NCBI GenBank assembly: GCA_049322915.1
Contig: JBMOPW010000020.1
Span: 1-64,000 of the forward strand
Reading direction: 5' to 3'
Length of the DNA stretch: 64,000 bases
Source: Candidatus Zhuqueibacterota bacterium
GTDB lineage: Bacteria > Zhuqueibacterota > Zhuqueibacteria > Thermofontimicrobiales > Thermofontimicrobiaceae
In this document: piece by piece, positions 60,704 through 64,000 of the stretch
Position numbering within the stretch: the stretch's first letter is position 1
Layout: the number at the start of each line of letters is the position of its first letter
Program-made: the position numbers and the translations under genes
The notes under the pieces: model-generated
Told to the model about the DNA's origin: nothing
Databases searched by the model: none
The model's input: only the letters and a program-made list of their open reading frames with translations

Positions 60704-61186
60704 ATGAAAAAAAGAATTTTACTCTACCTGGCTATCCTTATTACTCTGGTAAATTTATCAGCGCTGGGCGCGATCCTGTATCAGCGTTATAAAATTGCTC
60801 AGCCCTGCGAATCGGGAAACGGTTTTGACAGGGTGAAAAAACAGGTGAAACTGACAGCCGTTCAGATCGAACAGTTCCAGGTCTATCGACAGGTTTTTCA
60901 CGCCGAGCTGGATTCGCTGGATCGATTACTGGCAACGGAACGCCGTTTACTGGCAGAAGAAATCCGTGCTGTCAAACCGGACAGCGCCCGAATCGCCGCA
61001 GTCGTGGAGGGGATTGGTCAATTGCAGCAGCAATCCCAATATCGGGTCATTGAACATTTTTTTCAGATCAAACAAATCCTGACGCCCGAGCAGCAGGAAC
61101 AGTTTTTCAATATTGTGCTGGAACGCTTCGTTGGCCGGCAGCAATTTCCCGGCTTATCACGAATGCGACAGGATGAGATGAATTAG
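60704..61186 (+). CDS. Spy/CpxP/ZraP-like periplasmic metal-sensor or chaperone
   Basis: N-terminal TM, LTAVQ and ILTPEQ (LTxxQ) motifs. Confidence 0.8.
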   Translation: MKKRILLYLAILITLVNLSALGAILYQRYKIAQPCESGNGFDRVKKQVKLTAVQIEQFQVYRQVFHAELDSLDRLLATERRLLAEEIRAVKPDSARIAAVVEGIGQLQQQSQYRVIEHFFQIKQILTPEQQEQFFNIVLERFVGRQQFPGLSRMRQDEMN

Positions 61187-61340
61187 GGAGTGAGATAAAA
61201 TAATTCTATCATTCACCATCTTAAGGGACGTGAATTAAATAACTCTCCCTTTTATGAATGATCCTTGCTCATAGAAAGTCAAGATTGCTTTATCAAATGA
61301 GTAACTTAATTAATTCACAGTCCTAAACTTTTTATTTATT

Positions 61341-62729
61341 ATGATTGATAAACGTGGGAAAGTTCGCTTTTCTCACTCCCTAAATGAAATTCAGGAGAAC
61401 AAAGCCTTGATCAACAGGAAAGAATTAGCGCTGATCTGGATGACGATTATTCTTACTGCGATCCCCATATTCGCGCAGCAGTCGGAACCGCCGTTATTAA
61501 CGTTAGAACAGTGCCTGAGCATCGCACTCGAAAATAATCCCCGGCTACTGGCATCGCACTCATCGGTTCAGGAGAGCGAAGCCCGGGTCGACGAGATGCG
61601 GGCTGGTTTTTATCCCATGCTTGATTTTAATGCATCTGCCAGCCGCTCTTTTTACGAGATAAAAACTGGCAGCAGCGGTTCAACCACTCTCGATAATATG
61701 AGAGCTGGTATTTACGCCCATTATCCAATTTTCCAGGGATTTCAAACAGTGGCTTCAACGAAAGCCGCGCAAGCTGGCTATCAAGCCAGTCAGGCGCAGT
61801 ATCGCAGCGATGAGGCGGAGCTGGCGCTGAACGTCACCGAAGCCTATTACCGCTTGCTGCAGGCCGAACGTCTGGCTACCGTTGCTGAAAAGTCGCTGGA
61901 GCGCGCGCACATGCATTTGAGCTATGCCAATGCCCGATTTGAAACCGGGTTGGCTTCCCGATCCGATATTCTGAAAGCAAAGGTGGAACACTCCAATGCA
62001 GAATTGGCGTTGATTCGCGCCCGGAATGTTCATCTGGCAGCGGCAGGTCAGTTGAATGGATTGCTGGGTCGCAAAGCTTATCACCTCATTCGCATCGTGG
62101 ATAATCTGGATAGCGACGTTTCCGGAATCCATCGTGATTCGCTCCTGGTTCGCCCGGTTGTCCAGCGATTGGTTGAGATGGCGTATCAATCGCGTCCGGA
62201 ATTACGGAAAATGGAACAACAGGTGAAAGCCCAGCGGTCGGCGATCCGGGTGGCAAAAAGCGACTATTTTCCATCCCTTGCTCTAGATGGCAATTATACC
62301 TATTCCGGCGACGCGACATCGAATTTACAGGGTTCAACTTATATTGGACTCAGCCTGAGTTTTCCGTTGTTCAGCGGTTTTGCCCGTCCAGCGCGGGTAG
62401 CACAGGAAAATTGGGCGCTGCACGGTATTGAACAGCAACACCTGGCATTGCAGCTTCAGATTAGCATAGAAGTGTGGAACGCCTATCTTGCGGTCAAGGA
62501 AGCAGCAGAGCGGATTGGCAACAGCAAAATTTTTTATGAAAACGCACTGGAAAATTCCAGCATTGCCGAAGGGGAATACCGCGAAGGCGTGGGCTCGATG
62601 CTGGATGTGATCGATGCCCAGACCGCGCTGGTAACTGCAGAACAGAGCGCTATTGAAGCGTTAGCAGATTATAAAATTGCTTTGGCTAATCTGAACCGGA
62701 CAACCGGCTTTAATTGGAAGAATGATTGA
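61341..62729 (+). CDS. TolC-family outer-membrane efflux protein
   Basis: LTLEQCLSIALENNP, repeated YP..L, GVGSMLDVIDAQ; true start may be TTG at 61407. Confidence 0.88.
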   Translation: MIDKRGKVRFSHSLNEIQENKALINRKELALIWMTIILTAIPIFAQQSEPPLLTLEQCLSIALENNPRLLASHSSVQESEARVDEMRAGFYPMLDFNASASRSFYEIKTGSSGSTTLDNMRAGIYAHYPIFQGFQTVASTKAAQAGYQASQAQYRSDEAELALNVTEAYYRLLQAERLATVAEKSLERAHMHLSYANARFETGLASRSDILKAKVEHSNAELALIRARNVHLAAAGQLNGLLGRKAYHLIRIVDNLDSDVSGIHRDSLLVRPVVQRLVEMAYQSRPELRKMEQQVKAQRSAIRVAKSDYFPSLALDGNYTYSGDATSNLQGSTYIGLSLSFPLFSGFARPARVAQENWALHGIEQQHLALQLQISIEVWNAYLAVKEAAERIGNSKIFYENALENSSIAEGEYREGVGSMLDVIDAQTALVTAEQSAIEALADYKIALANLNRTTGFNWKND

Positions 62730-62771
62730 TCGGCGCATGATTTTTTAAGGGGTTCATTGATGGCTAAAAAT

Positions 62772-63286
62772 TGGCAGAATAATCGGTCGGCAGAATGATT
62801 TTGTGAAAATGGATTGTTGGCAATTAACAATGAACTTCGTCATCAGATAAATTTTAAACATGATCAAGCTTGCTTTGCTGGGGTGACAGCAACAAAGAAA
62901 TAATTATTCTGCCGTGAAATCATTCTGCCATAATAACTGAATCATTAATTGGCAGAATAAGTGGTCGGCAGGATGATTTTGTGAAAATGGCTTATTGGCA
63001 CTTAACAATGAACATCGTCATCAGATAAATTTTAAACCTGATCGCCCTTGTTTCGCTGAAGTGATGGCAACAAAAAAATAATTATTCTGCCGTTAAATCA
63101 TTCTGCCAAAATAACTGAATCATTAAATGGCAGAATAATCGGTCGGCAGGATGATTTTGTGAAAATGGCTTATTGGCACTTAACAATGAACATCGTCATC
63201 AGATAAATTTTAAACCTGATCGCCCTTGCTTCGCTGAAGTGATGGCAACAAAAAAATAATTATACTGCCGTGAAATCATTCTGCCA
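62772..63286. repeat. Tandem array of three 178-bp units, each a GGCAGAAT-family hairpin
   Basis: Units start at 62772, 62950 and 63128; TGGCAGAATAA..GGCAG(A/G)ATGATTT / AATTAT(T/A)CTGCC..AAATCATTCTGCCA. Confidence 0.95.
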
Positions 63287-63305
63287 TACTAAAGGAAAAT
63301 GCAAA

Positions 63306-64000
63306 ATGAAAAAAATCTACATTGTCGCAGGCATATTTATTAGTTTAGCGGTGTTGGTGATCTGGGGCAGCTCCTTCCTGCGCGAGAAACAGGATACCGA
63401 TAGCATCCGAAAAACTATCGTAGTCACGCGACGGGACATTGGTTCCAGCGTACTGGCGACCGGGATTATCAAACCCATGGTGGGCGCCGAAGTGCGCGTC
63501 GGCTCGCGTGCATCCGGAATCGTCAGGAGCCTGCATGCCAATATTGGCGACCTGGTGCAGAGGGGACAGGTTCTTGCCGAATTAGACCCCACGGAATTGC
63601 AGGCTAAATACGACCAGGCGCTGGCGGCGCGGGAAAATGCCCGCGCCAATTTTGAATACGCCAAACTGGATCTGGATCGGCAGCGTTCGCTTTTGAAGCA
63701 GAATTTTATATCCCGGAACCAGCTCGATCTGGCGGAGAAAACCTTTGAGATCAACCAGTCGCAACTGAAGCAGGCAGATGCCAATCTGGCTTACGCCAGA
63801 GTGCAATTGGATTACACCAAAATTACCGCTCCCATTTCCGGTGTTGTGGCATCGGTGTCCACCCAGGAAGGCGAGACCGTCGCCGCCAGTTTTGCCGCAC
63901 CCACTTTTGTTACCATTATTGATCTGGAGCGCCTGGAGGTCTGGGCGTATGTGGACGAGACGGATATCGGCCGGATTCAGGAAAGACAAACCGCAATCTT
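63306..64000 (+). CDS. MacA-like RND efflux periplasmic adaptor (partial, runs off the window)
   Basis: MKKIYIVAG TM, ATGIIKP..EVRVGSRASG, GDLVQRGQVLAELD, ITAPISGVV; absent from the ORF track because it has no stop in the window. Confidence 0.88.
   Translation, partial: MKKIYIVAGIFISLAVLVIWGSSFLREKQDTDSIRKTIVVTRRDIGSSVLATGIIKPMVGAEVRVGSRASGIVRSLHANIGDLVQRGQVLAELDPTELQAKYDQALAARENARANFEYAKLDLDRQRSLLKQNFISRNQLDLAEKTFEINQSQLKQADANLAYARVQLDYTKITAPISGVVASVSTQEGETVAASFAAPTFVTIIDLERLEVWAYVDETDIGRIQERQTAI

Noticed and set aside
62772..63286. CRISPR array
   Set aside because: The sequences between the short motifs are conserved among units, so this is a tandem repeat.

Overview
Bacterial genomic window of moderate GC content. 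Secreted proteins ending in an FlgD-Ig/T9SS-type C-terminal domain suggest an FCB-related lineage such as KSB1 or Calditrichota (inference only). No rRNA, tRNA or CRISPR array was seen. Gene content in order: a pseudokinase-PP2C / vWA / FHA signalling operon; LysM and M48 peptidase genes; an octahaem cytochrome-c-fused cytochrome bd (CydA)-like oxidase with a membrane partner; a TIGR03545/TIGR03546-like pair; a dipeptidase; a hybrid sensor kinase divergent from an alpha-oxoamine synthase; idi; a Fur/PerR-catalase unit with two Fur-type boxes; a defence island (SNF2 helicase, unknown protein plus Doc toxin, type III Mod/Res, decayed relics); pepF-oppBC; two paralogous secreted proteins; and an extended arsenic/metal-resistance island ending in ECF sigma/anti-sigma, TolC and an RND/MacA adaptor. 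The most unusual signal is non-coding. At least five sequence families of long hairpin elements share one architecture. Three are wrapped in their own terminal inverted repeats with target-site duplications (composite MITEs). One of these sits in frame inside a lipoprotein signal peptide. Two hairpin families are amplified into 185-bp and 178-bp tandem arrays, and the 185-bp array has captured a piece of the neighbouring arsC gene. All family assignments come from motif recognition; no database search was run.
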